Source: Eledone cirrhosa
Taxonomy: Eukaryota
Assembly (NCBI GenBank): GCA_964016885.1
Contig: OZ024745.1
Coordinates: forward strand, 103,726,001 to 103,790,000
DNA length: 64,000 bases
Reading direction: 5' to 3'
In this document: positions 24,101 to 36,100 of the stretch, piece after piece
Position numbering within the stretch: position 1 is the first letter of the stretch
Layout: the number at the start of each line of letters is the position of its first letter
The notes under the pieces: model-generated
Told to the model about the DNA's origin: nothing
Database searches by the model: none
What the model saw: the letters and a program-made list of their open reading frames with translations, nothing else
Program-made: the position numbers and the translations under genes

Positions 24101-27100
24101 GTTGTTGTTGTTGTTATTGGTGGTGGGGGTGTGGTGGTCTTGGTGCTAGTATTGTTTTTGTTGTTATTGGTGGTGGGGGTGTGGTGGTCTTGGTGCTAGT
24201 GTTGTTGTTGTTGTTATTGGTGGTGGGGGTGTGGTGGTCTTGGTGCTAGTATTGTTTTTGTTGTTATTGGTGGTGGGGGTGTGGTGGTCTTGGTGCTAGT
24301 ATTGTTTTTGTTGTTATTGGTGGTGGGGGTGTGGTGGTCTTGGTGCTAGTATTGTTGTAGTTGTTATTGGTGGTGGGGGTGTGGTGGTCTTGGTGCTAGT
24401 GTTGTTTTTGTTGTTATTGGTGGTGGGGGTGTGGTGGTCTTGGTGCTAGTATTGTTTTTGTTGTTATTGGTGGTGGGGGTGTGATGGTCTTGGTGCTAGT
24501 ATTGTTTTTGTTGTTATTGGTGGTGGGGGTGTGGTGGTCTTGGTGCTAGTGTTGTTGTTGTTGTTATTGGTGGTGGGGGTGTGGTGGTCTTGGTGCTAGT
24601 ATTGTTTTTGTTGTTATTGGTGGTGGGGGTGTGGTGGTCTTGGTGCTAGTGTTGTTGTTGTTGTTATTGGTGGTGGGTGTGTGGTGTTCTTGGTGCTAGT
24701 ATTGTTTTTGTTGTTATTGGTGGTGGGGGTGTGGTGGTCTTGGTGCTAGTGTTGTTGTAGTTGTTATTGGTGGTGGGGGTGTGGTGGTCTTGGTGCTAGT
24801 GTTGTTGTAGTTGTTATTGGTGGTGGGGGTGTGGTGGTCTTGGTGCTAGTGTTGCTGTTGTTGTTATTGGTGGTGGGGGTGTGGTGGTCTTGGTGCTAGT
24901 GTTGTTGTAGTTGTTATTGGTGGTGGGGGTGTGGTGGTCTTGGTGCTAGTGTTGCTGTTGTTGTTATTGGTGGTGGGGGTGTGGTGGTCTTGGTGCTAGT
25001 ATTGTTTTTGTTGTTATTGTTGGGTGGGGGTGTGGTGGTCTTGGTGCTAGTGTTGTTTTTGTTGTTATTGGTGGTGGGGGTGTGGTGGTCTTGGTGCTAG
25101 TATTGTTGTAGTTGTTATTGGTGGTGGGGGTGTGGTGGTCTTGGTGCTAGTGTTGTTGTTGTTGTTATTGGTGGTGGGGGTGTGGTGGTCTTGGTGCTAG
25201 TGTTGTTGTTGTTGTTATTGGTGGTGGGGGTGTGGTGGTCTTGGTGCTAGTGTTGTTGTTGTTGTTATTGGTGGTGGGGGTGTGGTGGTCTTGGTGCTAG
25301 TATTGTTTTTGTTGTTATTGGTGGTGGGGGTGTGGTGGTCTTGGTGCTAGTGTTGTTTTTGTTGTTATTGGTGGTGGGGGTGTGGTGGTCTTGGTGCTAG
25401 TGTTGTTTTTGTTGTTATTGGTGGTGGGGGTGTGGTGGTCTTGGTGCTAGTATTGTTGTTGTTGTTATTGGTGGTGGGTGTGTGGTGTTCTTGGTGCTAG
25501 TATTGTTTTTGTTGTTATTGGTGGTGGGGGTGTGGTGGTCTTGGTGCTAGTATTGTTTTTGTTGTTATTGGTGGTGGGGGTGTGGTGGTCTTGGTGCTAG
25601 TGTTGTTGTTGTTGTTATTGGTGGTGGGGGTGTGGTGGTCTTGGTGCTAGTATTGTTTTTGTTGTTATTGGTGGTGGGGGTGTGGTGGTCTTGGTGCTAG
25701 TGTTGTTGTTGTTGTTATTGGTGGTGGGGGTGTGGTGGTCTTGGTGCTAGTATTGTTTTTGTTGTTATTGCTGGTGGGGGTGTGGTGGTCTTGGTGCTAG
25801 TGTTGTTGTTGTTGTTATTGGTGGTGGGGGTGTGGTGGTCTTGGTGCTAGTATTGTTTTTGTTGTTATTGGTGGTGGGGGTGTGGTGGTCTTGGTGCTAG
25901 TATTGTTTTTGTTGTTATTGGTGGTGGGGGTGTGGTGGTCTTGGTGCTAGTATTGTTTTTGTTGTTATTGGTGGTGGGGGTGTGGTGGTCTTGGTGCTAG
26001 TGTTGTTGTTGTTGTTGTTATTGGTGGTGGGGGTGTGGTGGTCTTGGTGCTAGTATTGTTTTTGTTGTTATTGGTGGTGGGGGTGTGGTGGTCTTGGTGC
26101 TAGTATTGTTTTTGTTGTTATTGGTGGTGGGGGTGTGGTGGTCTTGGTGCTAGTATTGTTTTTGTTGTTATTGGTGGTGGGGGTGTGGTGGTCTTGGTGC
26201 TAGTATTGTTTTTGTTGTTATTGGTGGTGGGGGTGTGGTGGTCTTGGTGCTAGTATTGTTTTTGTTGTTATTGGTGGTGGGGGTGTGGTGGTCTTGGTGC
26301 TAGTGTTGTTGTTGTTGTTATTGGTGGTGGGGGTGTGGTGGTCTTGGTGCTAGTATTGTTTTTGTTGTTATTGCTGGTGGGGGTGTGGTGGTCTTGGTGC
26401 TAGTGTTGTTGTTGTTGTTATTGGTGGTGGGGGTGTGGTGGTCTTGGTGCTAGTATTGTTTTTGTTGTTATTGGTGGTGGGGGTGTGGTGGTCTTGGTGC
26501 TAGTATTGTTTTTGTTGTTATTGGTGGTGGGGGTGTGGTGGTCTTGGTGCTAGTATTGTTGTTGTTGTTATTGGTGGTGGGGGTGTGGTGGTCTTGGTGC
26601 TAGTATTGTTTTTGTTGTTATTGGTGGTGGGGGTGTGGTGGTCTTGGTGCTAGTATTGTTTTTGTTGTTATTGGTGGTGGGGGTGTGGTGGTCTTGGTGC
26701 TAGTATTGTTTTTGTTGTTATTGGTGGTGGGGGTGTGGTGGTCTTGGTGCTAGTATTGTTTTTGTTGTTATTGGTGGTGGGGGTGTGGTGGTCTTGGTGC
26801 TAGTGTTGTTGTTGTTGTTATTGGTGGTGGGGGTGTGGTGGTCTTGGTGCTAGTATTGTTTTTGTTGTTATTGCTGGTGGGGGTGTGGTGGTCTTGGTGC
26901 TAGTGTTGTTGTTGTTGTTATTGGTGGTGGGGGTGTGGTGGTCTTGGTGCTAGTATTGTTTTTGTTGTTATTGGTGGTGGGGGTGTGGTGGTCTTGGTGC
27001 TAGTATTGTTTTTGTTGTTATTGGTGGTGGGGGTGTGGTGGTCTTGGTGCTAGTATTGTTGTTGTTGTTATTGGTGGTGGGGGTGTGGTGTTCTTGGTGC

Positions 27101-30100
27101 TAGTATTGTTTTTGTTGTTATTGGTGGTGGGGGTGTGGTGGTCTTGGTGCTAGTGTTGCTGTTGTTGTTATTGGTGGTGGGGGTGTGGTGGTCTTGGTGC
27201 TAGTGTTGTTGTTGTTGTTGTTATTGGTGGTGGGGGTGTGGTGGTCTTGGTGCTAGTGTTGTTTTTGTTGTTATTGCTGGTGGGGGTGTGGTGGTCTTGG
27301 TGCTAGTATTGTTGTTGTTGTTATTGGTGGTGGGGGTGTGGTGGTCTTGGTGCTAGTGTTGTTGTTGTTATTGGTGGTGGGTGTGTGGTGGTCTTGGTGC
27401 TAGTGTTGTTGTTGTTGTTATTGGTGGTGGGGGTGTGGTGGTCTTGGTGCTAGTATTGTTGTTGTTGTTATTGGTGGTGGGGGTGTGGTGTTCTTGGTGC
27501 TAGTATTGTTTTTGTTGTTATTGGTGGTGGGGGTGTGGTGGTCTTGGTGCTAGTGTTGCTGTTGTTGTTATTGGTGGTGGGGGTGTGGTGGTCTTGGTGC
27601 TAGTATTGTTTTTGTTGTTATTGCTGGTGGGGGTGTGGTGGTCTTGGTGCTAGTGTTGTTGTTGTTGTTATTGGTGGTGGGGGTGTGGTGGTCTTGGTGC
27701 TAGTATTGTTTTTGTTGTTATTGCTGGTGGGGGTGTGGTGGTCTTGGTGCTAGTGTTGTTGTTGTTGTTATTGGTGGTGGAGGTGTGGTGTTCTTGGTGC
27801 TAGTATTGTTTTTGTTGTTATTGGTGGTGGGGGTGTGGTGGTCTTGGTGCTAGTATTGTTGTTGTTGTTATTGGTGGTGGGGGTGTGGTGTTCTTGGTGC
27901 TAGTATTGTTTTTGTTGTTATTGGTGGTGGGGGTGTGGTGGTCTTGGTGCTAGTGTTGCTGTTGTTGTTATTGGTGGTGGGGGTGTGGTGGTCTTGGTGC
28001 TAGTATTGTTTTTGTTGTTATTGCTGGTGGGGGTGTGGTGGTCTTGGTGCTAGTGTTGTTGTTGTTGTTATTGGTGGTGGGGGTGTGGTGGTCTTGGTGC
28101 TAGTATTGTTTTTGTTGTTATTGGTGGTGGGGGTGTGGTGGTCTTGGTGCTAGTGTTGTTGTTGTTGTTATTGGTGGTGGGGGTGTGGTGGTCTTGGTGC
28201 TAGTATTGTTTTTGTTGTTATTGGTGGTGGGGGTGTGGTGGTCTTGGTGCTAGTGTTGTTGTTGTTGTTATTGGTGGTGGGGGTGTGGTGGTCTTGGTGC
28301 TAGTATTGTTTTTGTTGTTATTGGTTGTGGGGGTGTGGTGGTCTTGGTGCTAGTGTTGTTGTTGTTGTTATTGGTGGTGGGGGTGTGGTGGTCTTGGTGC
28401 TAGTGTTGCTGTTGTTGTTATTGGTGGTGGGGGTGTGGTGGTCTTGGTGCTAGTATTGTTTTTGTTGTTATTGCTGGTGGGGGTGTGGTGGTCTTGGTGC
28501 TAGTGTTGTTGTTGTTGTTATTGGTGGTGGGGGTGTGGTGGTCTTGGTGCTAGTATTGTTTTTGTTGTTATTGGTGGTGGGGGTGTGGTGGTCTTGGTGC
28601 TAGTGTTGTTGTTGTTGTTATTGGTGGTGGGGGTGTGGTGGTCTTGGTGCTAGTATTGTTTTTGTTGTTATTGGTGGTGGGGGTGTGGTGGTCTTGGTGC
28701 TAGTGTTGTTGTTGTTGTTATTGGTGGTGGGGGTGTGGTGGTCTTGGTGCTAGTATTGTTTTTGTTGTTATTGGTGGTGGGGGTGTGGTGGTCTTGGTGC
28801 TAGTATTGTTGTTGTTGTTATTGGTGGTGAGGGTGTGGTGGTCTTGGTGCTAGTGTTGTTGTTGTTGTTATTGGTGGTGGGGGTGTGGTGGTCTTGGTGC
28901 TAGTGTTGTTGTTGTTGTTATTGGTGGTGGGGGTGTGGTGGTCTTGGTGCTAGTGTTGTTGTTGTTGTTGTTATTGGTGGTGGGGGTGTGGTGGTCTTGG
29001 TGCTAGTGTTGTTGTTGTTGTTGTTATTGGTGGTGGGGGTGTGGTGGTCTTGGTGCTAGTGTTGTTGTTGTTGTTGTTATTGGTGGTGGGGGTGTGGTGG
29101 TCTTGGTGCTAGTGTTGTTGTTTTTGTTGTTATTGGTGGTGGGGGTGTGGTGGTCTTGGTGCTAGTGTTGTTGTAGTTGTTGTTATTGGTGGTGGGGGTG
29201 TGGTGGTCTTGGTGCTAGTATTGTTGTTGTTGTTATTGGTGGTGGGGGTGTGGTGGTCTTGGTGCTAGTATTGTTGTTGTTGTTATTGGTGGTGGGGGTG
29301 TGGTGGTCTTGGTGCTAGTGTTGTTGTTGTTGTTGTTATTGGTGGTGGGGGTGTGGTGGTCTTGGTGCTAGTATTGTTGTTGTTGTTATTGGTGGTGGGG
29401 GTGTGGTGGTCTTGGTGCTAGTATTGTTGTTGTTGTTATTGGTGGTGGGGGTGTGGTGGTCTTGGTGCTAGTGTTGTTGTTGTTGTTATTGGTGGTGGGG
29501 GTGTGGTGGTCTTGGTGCTAGTGTTGTTGTTGTTGTTATTGGTGGTGGGGGTGTGGTGGTCTTGGTGCTAGTGTTGTTTTTGTTGTTATTGGTGGTGGGG
29601 GTGTGGTGGTCTTGGTGCTAGTGTTGTTGTTGTTGTTGTTATTGGTGGTGGGGGTGTGGTGGTCTTGGTGCTAGTAGTGTTGTTGTTGTTATTGGTGGTG
29701 GGGGTGTGGTGGTCTTGGTGCTAGTGTTGTTGTTGTTGTTATTGGTGGTGGGGGTGTGGTGGTCTTGGTGCTAGTAGTGTTGTTGTTGTTATTGGTGGTG
29801 GGGGTGTGGTGGTCTTGGTGCTAGTGTTGTTGTTGTTGTTGTTATTGGTGGTGGGGGTGTGGTGGTCTTGGTGCTATTGTTGTTGTTGTTGTTATTGGTG
29901 GTGGGGGTGTGGTGGTCTTGGTGCTATTGTTGTTGTTGTTGTTATTGGTGGTGGGGGTGTGGTGGTCTTGGTGCTAGTGTTGTTGTTGTTGTTATTGGTG
30001 GTGGGGGTGTGGTGGTCTTGGTGCTAGTGTTGTTGTTGTTGTTATTGGTGGTGGGGGTGTGGTGGTCTTGGTGCTAGTGTTGTTGTAGTTGTTATTGGTG

Positions 30101-33100
30101 GTGCGGGTGTGGTGGTCTTGGTGCTAGTAGTGTTGTTGTTGTTATTGGTGGTGGGGGTGTGGTGGTCTTGGTGCTAGTGTTGTTGTTGTTGTTGTTATTG
30201 GTGGTGGGGGTGTGGTGGTCTTGGTGCTATTGTTGTTGTTGTTGTTATTGGTGGTGGGGGTGTGGTGGTCTTGGTGCTATTGTTGTTGTTGTTGTTATTG
30301 GTGGTGGGGGTGTGGTGGTCTTGGTGCTAGTGTTGTTGTTGTTGTTATTGGTGGTGGGGGTGTGGTGGTCTTGGTGCTAGTGTTGTTGTTGTTGTTATTG
30401 GTGGTGGGGGTGTGGTGGTCTTGGTGCTAGTGTTGTTGTTGTTGTTGTTATTGGTGGTGTGGGTGTGGGGGTCTTGGTGCTAGTATTGTTGTTGTTGTTG
30501 TTATTGGTGGTGGGGGTGTGGTGGTCTTGGTGCTAGTGTTGTTGTTGTTGTTATTGGTGGTGGGGGTGTGGTGGTCTTGGTGCTAGTGTTGTTGTTGTTG
30601 TTATTGGTGGTGGGGGTGTGATGGTCTTGGTGCTAGTGTTGTTGTTGTTGTTGTTATTGGTGGTGTGGGTGTGGGGGTCTTGGTGCTAGTATTGTTGTTG
30701 TTGTTGTTATTGGTGGTGGGGGTGTGGTGGTCTTGGTGCTAGTGTTGTTGTTGTTGTTATTGGTGGTGGGGGTGTGGTGGTCTTGGTGCTAGTGTTGTTG
30801 TTGTTGTTATTGGTGGTGGGGGTGTGGTGGTCTTGGTGCTATTGTTGTTGTTGTTGTTATTGGTGGTGGGGGTGTGGTGGTCTTGGTGCTAGTGTTGCTG
30901 TTGTTGTTATTGGTGGTGGGGGTGTGGTGGTCTTGGTGCTAGTGTTGTAGTTGTTATTGGTGGTGGGGGTGTGGTGGTCTTGGTGCTAGTGTTGTAGTTG
31001 TTATTGGTGGTGAGGGTGTGGGGGTCTTGGTGCTAGTATTGTTGTTGTTGTTGTTATTGGTGGTGGGGGTGTGGTGGTCTTGGTGCTAGTGTTGTTGTTG
31101 TTGTTATTGGTGGTGGGGGTGTGGTGGTCTTGGTGCTAGTGTTGTTGTTGTAGTTGTTATTGGTGGTGGGGGTGTGGTGGTCTTGGTGCTAGTATTGTTG
31201 TTGTTGTTATTGGTGGTGGGGGTGTGGTGGTCTTGGTGCTAGTATTGTTGTTGTTGTTATTGGTGGTGGGGGTGTGGTGGTCTTGGTGCTAGTGTTGTTG
31301 TTGTTGTTATTGGTGGTGGGGGTGTGGTGGTCTTGGTGCTAGTGTTGTTGTAGTTGTTATTGGTGGTGGGGGTGTGGTGGTCTTGGTGCTAGTATTGTTG
31401 TAGTTGTTATTGGTGGTGGGGGTGTGGTGGTCTTGGTGCTAGTGTTGTTGTAGTTGTTATTGGTGGTGGGGGTGTGGTGGTCTTGGTGCTAGTATTGTTG
31501 TAGTTGTTATTGGTGGTGGGGGTGTGGTGGTCTTGGTGCTAGTGTTGTTGTTGTTGTTATTGGTGGTGGGGGTGTGGTGGTCTTGGTGCTAGTGTTGTTG
31601 TTGTTGTTATTGGTTGTGGGGGTGTGGGGGTCTTGGTGTTAGTGTTGTTGTTGTTATTGGTGGTGGGGGTGTGGTGGTCTTGGTGCTAGTATTGTTGTTG
31701 TTGTTATTGGTGGTGGGGGTGTGGTGGTCTTGGTGCTAGTGTTGTTGTTGTTGTTATTGGTTGTGGGGGTGTGGTGGTCTTGGTGCTAGTGTTGTTGTTG
31801 TTGTTATTGGTGGTGGGGGTGTGGTGATCTTGGTGCTAGTGTTGTTGTTGTTGTTATTGGTGGTGGGGGTGTGGTGGTCTTGGTGCTAGTGTTGTTGTTG
31901 TTGTTGTTATTGGTGGTGGGGGCGTGGGGGTCTTGGTGCTAGTGTTGTTGCTGTTGTTGTTGTTATTGGTGGTGGGGGTGTGGTGGTCTTGGTGCTAATG
32001 TTGTTGTTGTTGTTATTGGTGGTGGGGGTGTGGGTGTCTTGGTGCTAGTGTTGTTGTTGTTGTTGTTATTGGTGGTGGGGGTGTGGTTGTCTTGGTGCTA
32101 GTGTTGTTGTTGTTGTTATTGGTGGTGGGGGTGTGGTGGTCTTGGTGCTAGTGTTGTTGTTTTTGTTGTTATTGGTGGTGGGGGTGTGGTGGTCTTGGTG
32201 CTAGTGTTGTTGTTGTTGTTTTTGGTGGTGGGGGTGTGGTGGTCTTGGTGCTAGTGTTGTTGTAGTTGTTATTGGTGGTGGGGTGTGGTGGTCTTGGTGC
32301 TAGTGTTGTTGTTGTTGTTATTGGTGGTGGGGGTGTGGTGGTCTTGGTGCTAGTGTTGTTGTTGTTGTTATTGGTGGTGGGGGTGTGGTGGTCTTGGTGC
32401 TAGTGTTGTTGTAGTTGTTATTGGTGGTGGGGGTGTGGTGGTCTTGGTGCTAGTGTTGTTGTTGTAGTTGTTATTGGTGGTGGGGGTGTGGTGGTCTTGG
32501 TGCTAGTGTTGTTGTTGTTGTTGTTATTGGTGGTGGGGGTGTGGTGGTCTTGGTGCTAGTGTTGTTGTAGTTGTTGTTATTGGTGGTGGGGGTGTGGTGG
32601 TCTTGGTGCTAGTGTTGTTGTTGTAGTTGTTATTGGTGGTGGGGGTGTGGTGGTCTTGGTGCTAGTGTTGTTGTTGTAGTTGTTATTGGTGGTGGGGGTG
32701 TGGTGGTCTTGGTGCTAGTGTTGTTGTTGTAGTTGTTATTGGTGGTGGGGGTGTGGTGGTCTTGGTGCTAGTGTTGTTGTTGTTGTTGTTATTGGTGGTG
32801 GGGGTGTGGTGGTCTTGGTGCTAGTGTTGTTGTAGTTGTTGTTATTGGTGGTGGGGGTGTGGTGGTCTTGGTGCTAGTGTTGTTGTTGTTGTTGTTATTG
32901 GTGGTGGGGGTGTGGTGGTCTTGGTCCTAGTGTTGTTGTTGTTGTTGTTATTGGTGGTGGGGGTGTGGTGGTCTTGGTGCTAGTGTTGTTGTAGTTGTTG
33001 TTATTGGTGGTGGGGGTGTGGTGGTCTTGGTCCTAGTGTTGTTGTTTTTGTTGTTATTGGTGGTGGGGGTGTGGTGGTCTTGGTGCTAGTGTTGTTGTTG

Positions 33101-36100
33101 TTGTTGTTATTGGTGGTGGGGGTGTGGTGGTCTTGGTCCTAGTGTTGTTGTTGTTGTTGTTATTGGTGGTGGGGGTGTGGTGGTCTTGGTGCTAGTGTTG
33201 TTGTTGTTGTTGTTATTGGTGGTGGGGGTGTGGTGGTCTTGGTGCTAGTGTTGTTGTTGTTGTTGTTATTGGTGGTGGGGGTGTGGTGGTCTTGGTGCTA
33301 GTGTTGTTGTTGTTGTTGTTATTGGTGGTGGGGGTGTGGTGGTCTTGGTGCTAGTGTTGTTGTTGTTGTTGTTATTGGTGGTGGGGGTGTGGTGGTCTTG
33401 GTGCTAGTGTTGTTGTTGTTGTTGTTATTGGTGGTGGGGGTGTGGTGGTCTTGGTGCTAGTGTTGTTGTAGTTGTTGTTATTGGTGGTGGGGGTGTGGTG
33501 GTCTTGGTGCTAGTATTGTTGTTGTTGTTATTGTTGGTGGGGGTGTGGTGGTCTTGGTGCTAGTATTGTTGTTGTTGTTATTGGTGGTGGGGGTGTGGTG
33601 GTCTTGGTGCTAGTGTTGTTGTTGTTGTTGTTATTGGTGGTGGGGGTGTGGTGGTCTTGGTGCTAGTATTGTTGTTGTTGTTATTGGTGGTGGGGGTGTG
33701 GTGGTCTTGGTGCTAGTATTGTTGTTGTTGTTATTGGTGGTGGGGGTGTGGTGGTCTTGGTGCTAGTGTTGTTGTTGTTGTTATTGGTGGTGGGGGTGTG
33801 GTGGTCTTGGTGCTAGTGTTGTTGTTGTTGTTATTGGTGGTGGGGGTGTGGTGGTCTTGGTGCTAGTGTTGTTGTAGTTGTTATTGGTGGTGGGGGTGTG
33901 GTGGTCTTGGTGCTAGTAGTGTTGTTGTTGTTATTGGTGGTGGGGGTGTGGTGGTCTTGGTGCTAGTGTTGTTGTTGTTGTTATTGGTGGTGGGGGTGTG
34001 GTGGTCTTGGTGCTAGTGTTGTTGTTGTTGTTGTTATTGGTGGTGGGGGTGTGGTGGTCTTGGTGCTAGTGTTGTTGTTGTTGTTATTGGTGGTGGGGGT
34101 GTGGTGGTCTTGGTGCTAGTGTTGTTGTTGTTGTTATTGGTGGTGGGGGTGTGGTTGTCTTGGTGCTAGTGTTGTTGTTGTTGTTGTTATTGGTGGTGTG
34201 GGTGTGGGGGTCTTGGTGCTAGTATTGTTGTTGTTGTTGTTATTGGTGGTGGGGGTGTGGTGGTCTTGGTGCTAGTGTTGTTGTTGTTGTTATTGGTGGT
34301 GGGGGTGTGGTGGTCTTGGTGCTAGTTTTGTTGTTGTTGTTATTGGTGGTGGGGGTGTGGTGGTCTTGGTGCTAGTGTTGTTGTTGTAGTTGTTATTGGT
34401 GGTGGGGGTGTGGTGGTCTTGGTGCTAGTGTTGTTGTTGTTGTTATTGGTGGTGGGTGTGTGGTGGTCTTGGTGCTAGTATTGTTGTTGTTGTTATTGGT
34501 GGTGGGGGTGTGGTGGTCTTGGTGCTAGTGTTGTTGTTGTTGTTATTGGTGGTGGGGGTGTGGTGGTCTTGGTGCTAGTGTTGTTGTTGTAGTTGTTATT
34601 GGTGGTGGGGGTGTGGTGGTCTTGGTGCTAGTGTTGTTGTTGTTGTTATTGGTGGTGGGTGTGTGGTGGTCTTGGTGCTAGTGTTGTTGTTGTTGTTATT
34701 GGTGGTGGGGGTGTGGTGGTCTTGGTGCTAGTGTTGTTGTTGTTGTTATTGGTGGTGGGGGTGTGGTGGTCTTGGTGCTAGTGTTGTTGTTTTTGTTGTT
34801 GGTGGTGGGGGTGTGGTGGTCTTGGTGCTAGTGTTGTTGTTGTTGTTATTGGTGGTGGGGGGTGTGGTGGTCTTGGTGCTAGTGTTGTTGTTGTTGTTGT
34901 TATTGGTGGTGGGGGTGTGGTGGTCTTGGTGCTAGTGTTGTTGTTGTTGTTATTGGTGGTGGGGGTGTGGTGGTCTTGGTGCTAGTATTGTTGTTGTTGT
35001 TGTTACTGGTGGTGGGGGTGTGGTGGTCTTGGTGCTAGTATTGTTGTAGTTGTTATTGGTGGTGGGGGTGTGGTGGTCTTGGTGCTAGTGTTGTTGTTGT
35101 TGTTATTGGTGGTGGGGGTGTGGTGGTCTTGGTGCTAGTGTTGTTGTTGTTGTTATTGGTGGTGGGGGTGTGGTGGTCTTGGTGCTAGTGTTGTTGTAGT
35201 TGTTATTGGTGGTGGGGGTGTGGTGGTCTTGGTGCTAGTGTTGTTGTTGTTGTTGTTATTGGTGGTGGGGGTGTGGTGGTCTTGGTGCTAGTGTTGTTGT
35301 TGTTGTTATTGGTGGTGGGGGTGTGGTGGTCTTGGTGCTAGTGTTGTTGTTGTTGTTATTGGTGGTGGGGGTGTGGTGGTCTTGGTGCTAGTGTTGTTGT
35401 AGTTGTTATTGGTGGTGGGGGTGTGGTGGTCTTGGTGCTAGTGTTGTTGTTTTTGTTGTTGGTGGTGGGGGTGTGGTGGTCTTGGTGCTAGTGTTGTTGT
35501 AGTTGTTATTGGTGGTGGGGGTGTGGGGGTCTTGGTGCTAGTATTGTTGTAGTTGTTATTGGTGGTGGGGGTGTGGTGGTCTTGGTGCTAGTGTTGTTGT
35601 TTTTGTTGTTGGTGGTGGGGGTGTGGTGGTCTTGGTGCTAGTGTTGTTGTTTTTGTTGTTGGTGGTGGGGGTGTGGTGGTCTTGGTGCTAGTGTTGTTGT
35701 TGTAGTTGTTATTGGTGGTGGGGGTGTGGGGGTCTTGGTGCTAGTATTGTTGTAGTTGTTATTGGTGGTGGGGGTGTGGTGGTCTTGGTGCTAGTGTTGT
35801 TGTTGTTGTTATTGGTGGTGGGGGTGTGGTGGTCTTGGTGCTAGTGTTGTTGTTTTTGTTGTTGGTGGTGGGGGTGTGGTGGTCTTGGTGCTAGTGTTGT
35901 TGTTGTAGTTGTTATTGGTGGTGGGGGTGTGGGGGTCTTGGTGCTAGTATTGTTGTAGTTGTTATTGGTGGTGGGGGTGTGGTGGTCTTGGTGCTAGTGT
36001 TGTTGTTGTTGTTATTGGTGGTGGGGGTGTGGTGGTCTTGGTGCTAGTATTGTTGTTGTTGTTGTTATTGGTGGTGGGGGTGTGGTGGTCTTGGTGCTAG

